A stretch of 64,000 nt of DNA. Origin: a virus. Taxonomy: Duplodnaviria; Heunggongvirae; Uroviricota; Caudoviricetes. The notes beneath the pieces are model-generated. The model worked only from the letters and a program-made list of their open reading frames with translations, was not told the origin of the DNA and made no database searches. Numbering within the stretch: position 1 is the stretch's first letter; each line of letters starts with the position of its first letter. Position numbers and translations under genes: made by a program. This document shows, piece after piece, positions 26,957 to 36,759 of this stretch. Location of the stretch: IMG/VR virus record IMGVR_UViG_3300046642_001000, positions 103,935 to 167,934 of that record. The stretch is one strand, 5' to 3'.

Positions 26957-29900
26957 ATGCTCAAGGAGTTCGCCTCCTTTCACAACCATTCTCACTTCTC
27001 GGTCTTCGACGGCCTCTCCCTCCCGGAAGAGCTGCTGAAGGCCGCGAAGGAGAAGGGTCTCAAGTCCATCGCCCTCACCGATCACGGTGTGACACACGGT
27101 CACGCCGACTGGTACCTGATGGGGAAGAAGATGGGCGTGAAGACCGTCTTCGGCGTGGAAGCCTACGTCATCCACGACCTCAAGGAGTGGAAGGCGCTGA
27201 AGGGGGAGATCGACTCCCAGAAGCGGAAGGGCGCCAAGAAGGAAGACAACGAGTACACCGCCGACGGTGACGTCGTCGATCCCAAGGCCCTTCGACGCAA
27301 GGGCCACCTCGTCATCCTCGCCAGCAACCGGGAGGGTCTCAGCAACCTCTACCAGCTCACGTTCAAGGCCCACAAGTTTGGCTTCTACCAGAAGCCACGC
27401 ATGGATAAGGTGATGCTCCAGGAGCACGCCAAGGGCCTGATCGCGACCTCGGCCTGCATGGGCGGCGTCATCTCCAAGCGGCTGTGGGACCTGAAGGAAG
27501 GGTCCTGCACCTGGGAGGACGTCAAGAACGAGGTCCTCGACTACGACCGGATCTTCGGCCGTGGCCGGTTCTACCTCGAGCTCCAGTTCAACGAGATGGA
27601 CAAGGAGCAGAACTACATCAACACCTCCCTCGTCCAGCTCCACAAGGAGACGGGCGTCCCGCTGACGGTGACCACGGACTCACACTACGCCACCCAGGCG
27701 GAGTGGGAGCCACGAGAGCTTCTCCACCTCATGGGCTGGAGCAAGAAGACGGTCGCCGACCTGCCGGAACAGAAGCTCGACTCACAGGTCAAGCAGCTCT
27801 TTGTGAAGTCTCCCGAGGAGATGTGGCTCACCTACGAGAAGCTGGCCGGTCACTGCATCGATCCGAAGACCGCGATGGAGGCGTTCCAGGGGACGCTCCT
27901 CATCGACAGCCTCATCGAGGACTTCGAGCCCGACACTCACCAGCGCCTGCCCACCCTCCCCTTCGCCAATCCCTACAAGGAGATGGGCATGCGGGCCATC
28001 GCCGGCCTGAAGAAGCTGGGACTGGCGGAGAACGAGATCTACAAGGACCGCCTCCTCTTCGAGCTCGGGGTCATCAAGCAGAAGGGGATCTCGAACTACT
28101 TCCTCGTCTGCCAGCAGATCATCGAGGAAGCCAAGAAGTACATGCTTGTCGGTCCAGGCCGCGGCTCAGCCGCCGGCTCCCTCGTGTGCTGGTGCCTGGG
28201 CATCACGGACCTCGACCCGATCAAGAGAGACCTGCTCTTCGAACGCTTCCTCGACATCGACCGCGCCGAGCTCCCCGACATCGACACGGACTTCGAGGAT
28301 CCCAAGGCCGCCAAGCGGATGCTTCAGAAGATGTTCGGGGACGACAACGTCGCCTCCCTCAGCTCGTACGGCACGTTCCAGATCAAGGGACTGCTGAAGG
28401 ACCTGGGGCGTGTGTACGGCGTCGACCACAACCTCATCAACAAGCTCAACCGGCAGATCGACAAGGAGCTCAAGGTCCTCTACGTGGACCAGGACAAGAG
28501 CACCCTCGTGGTCAAGCTGGACGACATCATCCGGGTCAGCCCGTCGTTCAACACCTTCGTGGAAGAGAACCCCGACCTGGGCAGCAAGATCAAGACTCTC
28601 TACGGCCGGATCAGGCACGTCACCCGGCACGCGGCTGGTGTCATCATCGGCGACAACCTGCCGGCGGAGACCAGCTGCTTCGTCGCCAAGGCCAAGGGCA
28701 AGAAGACCAAGGACAACGAAGACGGGGAGGACGACACACTGGCCGAAGAAGGCGAGATGGTCGTCCAGTGCTCGTTCACCGAGGGCATCGTCAACAAGAA
28801 CCTCTCGGCCATGGGCTTCGTCAAGATGGACATCCTCGGGCTGGCCAACCTGCGCGTCATCCGGTGCGCCCTGGAACACATCAGCTCACGGACCGGCAAG
28901 AGCTTCGACGAACTCTACGAGGGACTGCGTTCGCACAACATGGACCTCGATGACATCAAGGTCATGAAGAACATCTTCTGGGACGGGAACTTCGGAGCCA
29001 TCTTCCAGTTCTCGAACCCGGGCATCCGGGCGCTGGCCAAGCGGGTCAAGCCGGACAGCTTCGTCGACGTCTCGGCCATCTGCTCTCTCTACCGCCCCGG
29101 CCCGCTCAAGGGTGGGTATGACAAGGTCTACGTCACGGCGAAGCACGGGGAGATCGCCTCCCTCGGTCACCCGGTGCTGGACGAGATCCTCGGTTCGACC
29201 AAGGGCTGCCTCGTCTTCCAGGAGCAGCTCATGAAGGTCTGCTCCGTCTTCGGCAAGATGACGGGCAAGGAAGTCAACCGCGTCCGCAAGGTCCTGCTGA
29301 AGAAGGACAAGAGCAAGACGGAAGAGTTCTTGAAGCAGGAGAACGACGTCCTCTACGCCAGCTTCCACAAGGGCTGCATGGAGCACGGCTTCCCCGAAGA
29401 CAAGACCCTGAAGCTCTGGGAAGACATCAAGGCCTTCGGCGGCTACGCCTTCAACAAGAGCCACTCGGATGCCTACTCCCTCACCACGATGCAGACGGCG
29501 CACCTGGCGACCTACTACCCGCTGGAGTTCTACACGGCGGCCCTGACGAAGGCGCAGGCCAACGCGATCCAGACTCTGGTGGCAGACATCCAGAAGACGG
29601 GGATCAAGATCCTCCCGGTGGACATCAACAAGAGCCGGGCGGCCAACATCATCGAGGGCCTGTGCATCCGGCTGGCCCTCGGACGTGTCCTCGGCGTGGG
29701 TCCGTCCGTGATCGAAAAGATCGTGGCCAACCAACCATACACCTCGTTCCAGGACTTCCTCGACAGGTCCAAGGCCAACAAGACGGCGGTCGAGGCGCTC
29801 ATCCAGGTGGGAGCCTTCGGGTCTCTCCCCGGCTGCGGCAACATCAAGCGGCTCTGGGAGGCATACCGGAAGTGGACCGACAACGTCCTCGTCACCCTCG

Positions 29901-30484
29901 ACGGGGAGCTGAAGATCGTCGACGAGAAGGTGTCAGGCGGTCCGAAGCTGGCCCGAGTCCAGTCGGTCAAGGGCCGTCCACGCTGGGACGAGCTCTACTC
30001 CCGGATCATGACGGATGAGAAGATCGAAGACTTCAAGCTCCACGAGAAGGTCTTCCTCGAGAACGAGCTCATGGAGTTCAGCCTCGCGGGTACTCCCTTC
30101 GAGATCCTCGACCGGAAGAAGAAGATCACCGCCATGTTCGATGGGGTGGTCTCCACGATGGAGGAGTTCCTCGGCGGCGAGGAAGAGATGACGATGCTCC
30201 CGGTCGTGGTGAAGGAGTGGAAGGAGAAGCCCCAGCGCAACGGGCAGATGTTCGCCTTCATCAAGTTCGCCACGGAAGACGGGGAGACGTTCGACGTCCC
30301 GGCCTTCGCGAACATGTGGAAGTGGATCTCACCCGTCATCCGCAAAGGCTCGGTCTACATCGCCACCTTCAACAGAGACATCGACGATGACCCCGAGCGC
30401 CTGAAGCTCGGCCGGCCGGGGTGGGCGCAGAGCCAGCATTCGACGATGCAGGCCTTCATCAATGTGGACGACATAAGTCTCTAG
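26957..30484 (+). CDS. dnaE: DNA polymerase III alpha subunit (DnaE-type)
   Basis: N-terminal PHP domain HNHSHFSVFDG ... ALTDHG; 1175 aa. Confidence 0.85.
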   Translation: MLKEFASFHNHSHFSVFDGLSLPEELLKAAKEKGLKSIALTDHGVTHGHADWYLMGKKMGVKTVFGVEAYVIHDLKEWKALKGEIDSQKRKGAKKEDNEYTADGDVVDPKALRRKGHLVILASNREGLSNLYQLTFKAHKFGFYQKPRMDKVMLQEHAKGLIATSACMGGVISKRLWDLKEGSCTWEDVKNEVLDYDRIFGRGRFYLELQFNEMDKEQNYINTSLVQLHKETGVPLTVTTDSHYATQAEWEPRELLHLMGWSKKTVADLPEQKLDSQVKQLFVKSPEEMWLTYEKLAGHCIDPKTAMEAFQGTLLIDSLIEDFEPDTHQRLPTLPFANPYKEMGMRAIAGLKKLGLAENEIYKDRLLFELGVIKQKGISNYFLVCQQIIEEAKKYMLVGPGRGSAAGSLVCWCLGITDLDPIKRDLLFERFLDIDRAELPDIDTDFEDPKAAKRMLQKMFGDDNVASLSSYGTFQIKGLLKDLGRVYGVDHNLINKLNRQIDKELKVLYVDQDKSTLVVKLDDIIRVSPSFNTFVEENPDLGSKIKTLYGRIRHVTRHAAGVIIGDNLPAETSCFVAKAKGKKTKDNEDGEDDTLAEEGEMVVQCSFTEGIVNKNLSAMGFVKMDILGLANLRVIRCALEHISSRTGKSFDELYEGLRSHNMDLDDIKVMKNIFWDGNFGAIFQFSNPGIRALAKRVKPDSFVDVSAICSLYRPGPLKGGYDKVYVTAKHGEIASLGHPVLDEILGSTKGCLVFQEQLMKVCSVFGKMTGKEVNRVRKVLLKKDKSKTEEFLKQENDVLYASFHKGCMEHGFPEDKTLKLWEDIKAFGGYAFNKSHSDAYSLTTMQTAHLATYYPLEFYTAALTKAQANAIQTLVADIQKTGIKILPVDINKSRAANIIEGLCIRLALGRVLGVGPSVIEKIVANQPYTSFQDFLDRSKANKTAVEALIQVGAFGSLPGCGNIKRLWEAYRKWTDNVLVTLDGELKIVDEKVSGGPKLARVQSVKGRPRWDELYSRIMTDEKIEDFKLHEKVFLENELMEFSLAGTPFEILDRKKKITAMFDGVVSTMEEFLGGEEEMTMLPVVVKEWKEKPQRNGQMFAFIKFATEDGETFDVPAFANMWKWISPVIRKGSVYIATFNRDIDDDPERLKLGRPGWAQSQHSTMQAFINVDDISL

Positions 30485-30496
30485 GGAGAAAACACC

Positions 30497-30793
30497 ATGA
30501 AGATCTTCATCGCACTCCTCGCCTCGATCCTCGCCGTGAGCGGCGTCACCCTCAAGCTCAAGCCGAAGGAAGAGCCGACGATCATCTCGGAGAAGCAGGT
30601 CGCCTCCTGCTCCCAGTTCGTGATCGAGAACCGCGTCCCGGCCAAGGTCACTCTCACCTTCAGCTGTGGTGCCGACGTCGATGCCCCCGAGCTGGACATG
30701 GACCCGCACACCCGCCTTCAGGTGGACATCTGCGACCCTCGGGAGTACGCCTCCGCGCCTCACTGTTTCATCATGACCTGGTCGAGGAAGTAG
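30497..30793 (+). CDS. small secreted protein
   Basis: signal peptide MKIFIALLASILAVSG; 98 aa with four Cys. Confidence 0.5.
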   Translation: MKIFIALLASILAVSGVTLKLKPKEEPTIISEKQVASCSQFVIENRVPAKVTLTFSCGADVDAPELDMDPHTRLQVDICDPREYASAPHCFIMTWSRK

Positions 30794-31096
30794 ATGACCA
30801 AGGACAACAACGGCCCGTACAGCATCGGGTCGACGTTCTGGCCTGGGCTCTCGAAGCTCGTCGAGGAGTGCGGCGAGGTCGTCCAGGTGGTGGGCAAGTT
30901 GCTTGGCACCGGGGGAGAGACCAAGCACTGGAACGTCCCCGACCTCAAACGCGCCCTAGAGGAGGAGATCGCCGACGTGATGGCGGCCTGCTCTTTCGTG
31001 ATCGAGGAGTGCCAGCTGGACGCGGGGTTCGTGTACACCCGCTACCAGATGAAGAAGGAACGCTTCAAAGAATGGCACAACGGCAGCAAACTGTGA
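30794..31096 (+). CDS. MazG-like NTP pyrophosphohydrolase, second paralogue
   Basis: LVEECGEVVQ and LEEEIADVMA motifs. Confidence 0.6.
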   Translation: MTKDNNGPYSIGSTFWPGLSKLVEECGEVVQVVGKLLGTGGETKHWNVPDLKRALEEEIADVMAACSFVIEECQLDAGFVYTRYQMKKERFKEWHNGSKL

Positions 31097-31102
31097 TACA
31101 AT
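31092..31102 (+). promoter_or_regulatory. extended -10 promoter TGTGATACAAT with the upstream gene's stop codon embedded
   Basis: the TGA of the MazG-like gene supplies the TG-n; a GGAGG Shine-Dalgarno-containing leader follows. Confidence 0.4.
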
Positions 31103-31121
31103 AACAATCCTGGAGGCAACA

Positions 31122-32951
31122 ATGACCATCGCAACCGTGCTCGCGTTCTGGTGGGTCGTACCCATCGTCCTGACCCTCGTGCTCTACAAGTTCGTGCTCC
31201 GGCTCTGCTTCGGGATGGTCTCCGTCTCGAAGGACGAGGTCGGCATCGTCGACAAGAAGTTCGCCCTCTTCGGCGCGAAGACCCTGCCCGACGGTGCCGT
31301 CATCGCCCTGAAGGGTGAGGCCGGCTTCCAGGCGGACACGCTGGCCCCTGGCGTCCACTTCGGCCTCTGGCCGTGGCAGTACGCGGTCACCCTCCAGAAG
31401 TTCGTGAACATCCCGGAGAACCACGTCGGGCTCATCGAGTCGCGAGGTGGCCAGGTTCCGGTGAACGGTCGAGTCCTCGCGCGAAAGGTCGAGTGTGACT
31501 CGTTCCAGAACGCCCGCGCCTTCCTCGAGGCAGGCGGAGAACGTGGTCCCCAGATCGCCATCATCACCCCCGGCACCTACCGCATCAACACGGTCCTCTT
31601 CTCCCTGAGGATCGTGGAGGCTCTCGAGATCCCCGACAACATGGTCGGCGTGGTCACCACCAAGGACGGCAAGCCCCTCTCGACCGGTGACATCGCCGGC
31701 GGAGAGTTCCCCGGCCACAACATGTACCAGGACGGCGAGGCCTTCATCACCGCCGGTGGCTACAAGGGCCTGCAGGAGCAGGTCATCCTGGCCGGCCTGT
31801 ACTACATCAACCCGCTCTTCGCCACCGTGGAAGTGAAGCCGATGACCGAGGTGCCCATCGCCAATGCTGGCGTGGTCATCGCCTACGTCGGTGGGGTCGG
31901 TGTGGACGTCACGGGTGAGTCCTTCAAGCACGGCAACCTCGTGGTCCGTGGGCAGAAGGGTGTGTGGGTCGAGCCGCTGGACCCGGGCAAGTACCCGATC
32001 AACCCGTACACCCACAAGGTCGAGGTCGTGCCGACGGCCAACGTCGTCCTCAACTGGGCGACCGGCAAGACCGAGGCGCACAAGCTGGACGCCAACCTGT
32101 CCACCATCACGGTGCGTAGCTCCGACGGCTTCAAGTTCAATCTGGACGTGAGCCAGATCATCCACATCCCCCGGACCGACGCCCCCAAGGTCATCGCCCG
32201 CTTTGGCAGCGTGGCCAACCTGGTCACCCAGGTCCTGGAGCCGACCATCGGCAACTACTTCAGGAACGCGGCCCAGGGCTCGGACGCCATCGCCTTCCTC
32301 AAGGAGCGCGAGAAGCGCCAGCAGGACGCCCGGGCTTCCATCAACAACGCCCTGAAGGAGTACAACGTCGGAGCGGTGGACACCCTCATCGGTGACATCA
32401 CCCCGCCGGACGCCCTCATGGAGACCCTGACGAAGCGGAAGATCGCCGAGCAGGAGAAGATCACGTTCGACACCCAGCGCATGGCCGAGGAGACCCGCAA
32501 GGAGTTCGAGCAGGCCAAGGCGATGGCGGCCACCCAGGCCAACGTCGTCGAGTCCCAGCGGAAGGTCCAGATCGCCGAGTTCGACGCCCAGTCGGCGGTC
32601 AAGAAGGCGGAAGGCGACGCCCAGTCCAAGACCATCAACGCCAAGGCGGATGCCGAGGTGCTCGTGGCCATCGGTGACGCCGAGGGCAAGAAGATCACGG
32701 CGGTCGGCACGGCCGAGGCCGAGGTCATCCAGAAGAAGACCGACGCGAACGGCAAGGCCAACTACGCCCTCATCGAGGTGGCACGCGCCCTCTCCTCGTC
32801 CGGTCACGCCCTGGTCCCGGAGATCATGGCCGGTGGCGGTCTCGACGGCAACAACCAGGGCGGCCTGGTGAACGTCCTCCTGGCCGGCCTCATCAAGGAC
32901 GGCCTCTCGAAGAACGGCAGCAACGGCGGCGGCACTCCCGAGTCCCACTAA
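31122..32951 (+). CDS. flotillin/SPFH (band 7) family membrane protein
   Basis: N-terminal transmembrane segment, an SPFH-like domain, and a long Ala/Glu-rich coiled coil (EAEVIQKKTDANGKANYALIEVARAL). Confidence 0.65.
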   Translation: MTIATVLAFWWVVPIVLTLVLYKFVLRLCFGMVSVSKDEVGIVDKKFALFGAKTLPDGAVIALKGEAGFQADTLAPGVHFGLWPWQYAVTLQKFVNIPENHVGLIESRGGQVPVNGRVLARKVECDSFQNARAFLEAGGERGPQIAIITPGTYRINTVLFSLRIVEALEIPDNMVGVVTTKDGKPLSTGDIAGGEFPGHNMYQDGEAFITAGGYKGLQEQVILAGLYYINPLFATVEVKPMTEVPIANAGVVIAYVGGVGVDVTGESFKHGNLVVRGQKGVWVEPLDPGKYPINPYTHKVEVVPTANVVLNWATGKTEAHKLDANLSTITVRSSDGFKFNLDVSQIIHIPRTDAPKVIARFGSVANLVTQVLEPTIGNYFRNAAQGSDAIAFLKEREKRQQDARASINNALKEYNVGAVDTLIGDITPPDALMETLTKRKIAEQEKITFDTQRMAEETRKEFEQAKAMAATQANVVESQRKVQIAEFDAQSAVKKAEGDAQSKTINAKADAEVLVAIGDAEGKKITAVGTAEAEVIQKKTDANGKANYALIEVARALSSSGHALVPEIMAGGGLDGNNQGGLVNVLLAGLIKDGLSKNGSNGGGTPESH

Positions 32952-32960
32952 GGAGCCAAC

Positions 32961-33185
32961 ATGGCCAAGATCAAGATCACCTGGATGAGTGACGGAGCAG
33001 GCGTCGATAGCATCCACGAGAACGGTCCCAAGATGGCCAAGGACAGTTATCTTGGCCACATCACCCGCATCGAGGACGAGTGGTTCTTCGTCCAGGCGGG
33101 AGTCCAGAAGCCGCACGGTCCCTACGGTTCGATGGCGGAAGTTCGCCGAGCAGCTCTCAAGATCGTCGATGGGGAGTACATCTAG
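32961..33185 (+). CDS. small hypothetical protein
   Basis: 74-aa ORF. Confidence 0.45.
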   Translation: MAKIKITWMSDGAGVDSIHENGPKMAKDSYLGHITRIEDEWFFVQAGVQKPHGPYGSMAEVRRAALKIVDGEYI

Positions 33186-33187
33186 GT

Positions 33188-34321
33188 ATGTCCATGCGCG
33201 TCGCTCTCGTCATTCCGACCATCCGGGAGAACTCCTTCAAGGACTTCATCTCCCGGTGGGAAGCCCTCGGTCTCTATCAGGCAGTCGACCTGATCGTGAT
33301 GGAGGACAACCCGAAGAAGACCTTCGACGTTTCCAGCGTCGACAAGCGGTGGGGAGCGGTCCACCTCTGCTGGGAAGACATCGAGGCTGACCTCGGGAAA
33401 GACAGCTGGATCATCCCCCGGCGTTCGGACACGGTCAGGAGCTACGCGTACTACTACGCCTGGAAGATGGGTTACGATTTCATCCTCACCCTCGACGACG
33501 ACTGCTACCCGCCGTCGAGGGATGTGGATGGACTTCAGTACGAGGACGGGGAGTCGTTCGTCGCCTCCCACCTCCAGTACCTGGAGAAGCGGACCCGGTG
33601 GTTCAACACCCTGAACAAGGTGAAGCCACGTGGCATCCCGTTCTACAACCTCGGTCGCAACGACAAGGTGATCGTCAATCACGGGCTCTGGACCAACGTG
33701 CTGGACTACGACGCCCCGTTCCAGCTGGCCAACCCGATCCCCGAGGAGTTCAGCTTCGACAACCGGATCGTGCCCAACGGCTCGTACTTCCCGATGTGCG
33801 GCATGAACGTCATGTGGCGCCGGGACGCGACGGTCCTCATGTACCACCTGCTCATGGGCCAGGTCCTCCACTCCAGAGAGAACAGCAAGATCTACACCCC
33901 GCCCCTGGGGACTCTCCTCACGGTCCCGGACTCTCCGGGCCTGGCGCTGGAGAAGTTGGCCTTCGACAGGTTCGGCGACATCTGGTGCGGCATCCTGATG
34001 AAGAAGATCGCGGACGTGAAGCGTCTTCAGGTCTCGACAGGCATGCCCTACATCCGGCACGAACGGGCCAGCAACCCGTTCGCCAACCTGAAGAAGGAAG
34101 CGAACGGCATCGAGGTCAACGAGAAGTTCTGGGAGCACGTCGACAAGGCTCAGATCTCTCCGGGGCTCGACCTGGATGGCTGCTATGGCGAGATGGGGCA
34201 ACACATCGGAGCCTATTCGGAGTACCCAGAACACGCCCAGTACTTCAGGCGGCTGGGGGAAGCGATGGTCATCTGGTCCAAGCTCTTCCGGCGCCACGGC
34301 GGCGGAACTTCGGGAGTCTGA
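33188..34321 (+). CDS. GT75-like glycosyltransferase (reversibly glycosylated polypeptide / UDP-arabinopyranose mutase family)
   Basis: IPTIR, TLDDDCYP (DxD), HGLWTNVLDYDAPFQL, PMCGMN, and STGMPYIRHERASNPFANLKKE aligning with plant RGP blocks. Confidence 0.7.
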   Translation: MSMRVALVIPTIRENSFKDFISRWEALGLYQAVDLIVMEDNPKKTFDVSSVDKRWGAVHLCWEDIEADLGKDSWIIPRRSDTVRSYAYYYAWKMGYDFILTLDDDCYPPSRDVDGLQYEDGESFVASHLQYLEKRTRWFNTLNKVKPRGIPFYNLGRNDKVIVNHGLWTNVLDYDAPFQLANPIPEEFSFDNRIVPNGSYFPMCGMNVMWRRDATVLMYHLLMGQVLHSRENSKIYTPPLGTLLTVPDSPGLALEKLAFDRFGDIWCGILMKKIADVKRLQVSTGMPYIRHERASNPFANLKKEANGIEVNEKFWEHVDKAQISPGLDLDGCYGEMGQHIGAYSEYPEHAQYFRRLGEAMVIWSKLFRRHGGGTSGV

Positions 34322-34322
34322 C

Positions 34323-34841
34323 ATGAAGCAAGACATCATCCTCTTCGAAGGACCGGACGGCGTGGGGAAGACCACCATCGCCAAGGCTCTCTCCAAAGAG
34401 ATCGGCGTCCCGTACTTCAAGATGAACTCGGAGCACGACAACTGGCGCAAGGGGAAGTTCAAGGAGGCGCTGGAGTTCGACCAGACGTACCTCACCCAAT
34501 TCCTCAAGCAGACCGGGTGCTCGGTCATCATCGACCGCGCCTGGCCGAGCGAGTGGGTATACTCCATGGTCTTCAAGAGGGAGACGAACTTCTCGGTCCT
34601 CTCTCAGCTGGACCGGGAGTGGAGTGAGCTCGGCGCCCGCATCATCATCCCGTGGCGTGAAGACTACACGAAGAACCGGGAGGACGAGCTGGTCCCGAAG
34701 AACAAGCTCAAAGAGATCCACGACGCCTACTTCGACTTCATGGAGTGGACGAACTGCGACGTCGTTCCAGTGAACGTGGACTACTACAAGAACGACACCA
34801 AGTCGGAGCTGGACTACATCATCCCGCTCCTCATGAGATAG
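34323..34841 (+). CDS. thymidylate/nucleotide-monophosphate kinase-like protein
   Basis: P-loop FEGPDGVGKTT typical of dTMP kinases. Confidence 0.65.
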   Translation: MKQDIILFEGPDGVGKTTIAKALSKEIGVPYFKMNSEHDNWRKGKFKEALEFDQTYLTQFLKQTGCSVIIDRAWPSEWVYSMVFKRETNFSVLSQLDREWSELGARIIIPWREDYTKNREDELVPKNKLKEIHDAYFDFMEWTNCDVVPVNVDYYKNDTKSELDYIIPLLMR

Positions 34842-34846
34842 GAGAC

Positions 34847-35326
34847 ATGATGAAGCGTCTAAGACTGGTCATCGTCGAGTCACCGTTCGCGGCCCGCAAG
34901 CCGGACGGCAGCTGGGATCCCGAGGGGGTGGAGGAGAACCTCCGCTACCTGCGGGCTGCCATGCACGACTGCCTGATCAAGGGAGAAGCGCCGTACGCCA
35001 GCCACGCCCTCTACACCCAGCCCGGCGTCCTCGACGACCAGGTCCCCGCGGAGCGGACCCTCGGCATCGAGGCAGGGTTCGCCTGGAACACCCAGGCCTC
35101 GGCTTCGATCTTCTTCGTCGACAAGGGCATCTCGTCAGGCATGAAGCTCGGGATCAAGAACGCCGTCGTCGACGGGCGGCCCATCGAGGTTCGCTCTCTC
35201 GCGGACTTCCGCACGGAAAGGTCGGAGGAAAATGAGGAAGAACTCAAGCGGCTCATCGGTGAGGCAGCGCTTGCGTACGCTCTTGAACGACGCAAAGCAG
35301 AAGAGGAGTGGCAAAATGACTTCTAG
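34847..35326 (+). CDS. hypothetical protein
   Basis: 159-aa ORF. Confidence 0.5.
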   Translation: MMKRLRLVIVESPFAARKPDGSWDPEGVEENLRYLRAAMHDCLIKGEAPYASHALYTQPGVLDDQVPAERTLGIEAGFAWNTQASASIFFVDKGISSGMKLGIKNAVVDGRPIEVRSLADFRTERSEENEEELKRLIGEAALAYALERRKAEEEWQNDF

Positions 35327-35528
35327 GGATTTCTGTTTCTGGCTGCAGGGGTTCTTCGAGATCCAGGATCCCAAGACCCTGGACGAGAAGCAGCTCGAGG
35401 CCGTGAAGAAGCATCTCTCTCTCGTGTTCATCCACGAGATCGACCCGTCCATGGGCGGCAAGAAGGAGCAGGACAAGCTCAACCAGGCGCACCACGGTCC
35501 TGGCAAAGACCTTCTCATGCGCTGCTAA
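35316..35528 (+). CDS. small hypothetical protein
   Basis: 70-aa ORF; GAGGAG Shine-Dalgarno 7 nt upstream. Confidence 0.4.
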   Translation: MTSRDFCFWLQGFFEIQDPKTLDEKQLEAVKKHLSLVFIHEIDPSMGGKKEQDKLNQAHHGPGKDLLMRC

Positions 35529-35540
35529 CTGTGGTATAAT
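35508..35540 (+). promoter_or_regulatory. promoter with a GACCTTCTC upstream element at the fixed 27-nt spacing to GTGGTATAAT
   Basis: same architecture as the GTCCTT-type promoters further downstream; the ATG follows 6 nt after the hexamer. Confidence 0.4.
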
Positions 35541-35546
35541 AGGTCT

Positions 35547-36758
35547 ATGCGAATCGGATATTCCTACTGGGGCTTCCTCGGAGATCACAAACGCGAGGGC
35601 GGTGAGGCCGTCTCCACACCGGACGGGAACGCCGCATACTCCTGGAGCATCATCTGGGAGCTTCTGCAACGGGACTACACGGTCTACACGATGCAGAAGG
35701 ATCGCGACCGCGAGGGCTGGATGAAGTATGGCCGGGACCTCTTCGCCTCGTTCAGTGAGGAGAAGCGGACCGAGGCCTACCTCGGCATCGAGCGGACCAA
35801 CGGGGTGGACCTCCCCGAGCTGGACGTCCTGCTGGTCGAGTGGAGGTTCCCGATCTTCGGACGGAACTGCTGCTCGTGGGAGGGCGCGCCCTGCTTCCCC
35901 AGCGACGCGAAGAGCGGCCAGCCCATGATGGCCTCGGGGTACGCCGACAAGAAGATCGAGCTCCAGCCCGACCTCTTCAGGCAGTACGAGATCCTGCGGT
36001 ACTATAAGGAGCGGGGCACCAAGCTCATCTTCTGGGACCTGGACCACAAGCTCCTGGGCCACGACGAGATCACCTGGTCTCCAGACGCGGTCTTCGAGAC
36101 TTCGAAGAAGCCGCTGCACCTGGTCACCAGGCGGACCAGCGTGGAGTTCCCCACCATCGTGGCGGACCTCATGCAGCACCCGACCCTCGAGGCGGACGAG
36201 AACCGGAAGCTGGTCTACATCGGCAGCCGGTACGAGCGGGACGACGTCATCACCAAGTGGCTGAAGCCCGTCTCGGACTCTTTCCCGGGGCAGGTGGAGT
36301 TCTGGGGCAACTGGATGCGGACGGTCGAAGAGTGCAAGAAGCTCTGGCCGAACGTGAGCTACAACGACCGGATCACCATGGCGGACTTCCGCCGGGTCTA
36401 CGGGTCGGCGGTGGCCTGTCCGATCCTGGCGAAGCAGAGCTACCTCGAGACAGGGTTCATCACCCCGCGTCCGTGGGAGGCGCTCATGTTCGGTACGATC
36501 CCGGTGGGGCTCGGCTCTCACCTCGGCATCTCTTCCTACGTCCAGCCGGGCCTCATCGCCGGCGACGGGTGGGACATGATCGAGGTGGTGAAGACCCTGA
36601 CCGGACTTCCCCTCAAGGAGCGGGACCGCATCCGCAGAGAGAACGTCGAACAGATCGAGCACATGGACGCCCGGTACTTCGTCGACAGAATCGAGGACGT
36701 GGCCAATGATGTGGTGGACATGGGTGAAGACCTACTTATCGAGAAAGAAGGAGCCTGA
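35547..36758 (+). CDS. putative glycosyltransferase
   Basis: 403 aa; position and size fit a nucleic-acid sugar transferase; no decisive motif, so the fold assignment is tentative. Confidence 0.4.
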   Translation: MRIGYSYWGFLGDHKREGGEAVSTPDGNAAYSWSIIWELLQRDYTVYTMQKDRDREGWMKYGRDLFASFSEEKRTEAYLGIERTNGVDLPELDVLLVEWRFPIFGRNCCSWEGAPCFPSDAKSGQPMMASGYADKKIELQPDLFRQYEILRYYKERGTKLIFWDLDHKLLGHDEITWSPDAVFETSKKPLHLVTRRTSVEFPTIVADLMQHPTLEADENRKLVYIGSRYERDDVITKWLKPVSDSFPGQVEFWGNWMRTVEECKKLWPNVSYNDRITMADFRRVYGSAVACPILAKQSYLETGFITPRPWEALMFGTIPVGLGSHLGISSYVQPGLIAGDGWDMIEVVKTLTGLPLKERDRIRRENVEQIEHMDARYFVDRIEDVANDVVDMGEDLLIEKEGA

Positions 36759-36759
36759 C

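Noticed and set aside
31065-33116. 683-aa minus-strand ORF antisense to the flotillin-like gene; likewise 33182..34576, 35253..36662, 41570..42925, 22286..23350, 25400..26473, 57570..58418 and 11091..12263
   Set aside because: All are antisense shadows of plus-strand genes with motif support; their translations are low-complexity; they break the otherwise uniform plus-strand, overlap-coupled gene organisation.
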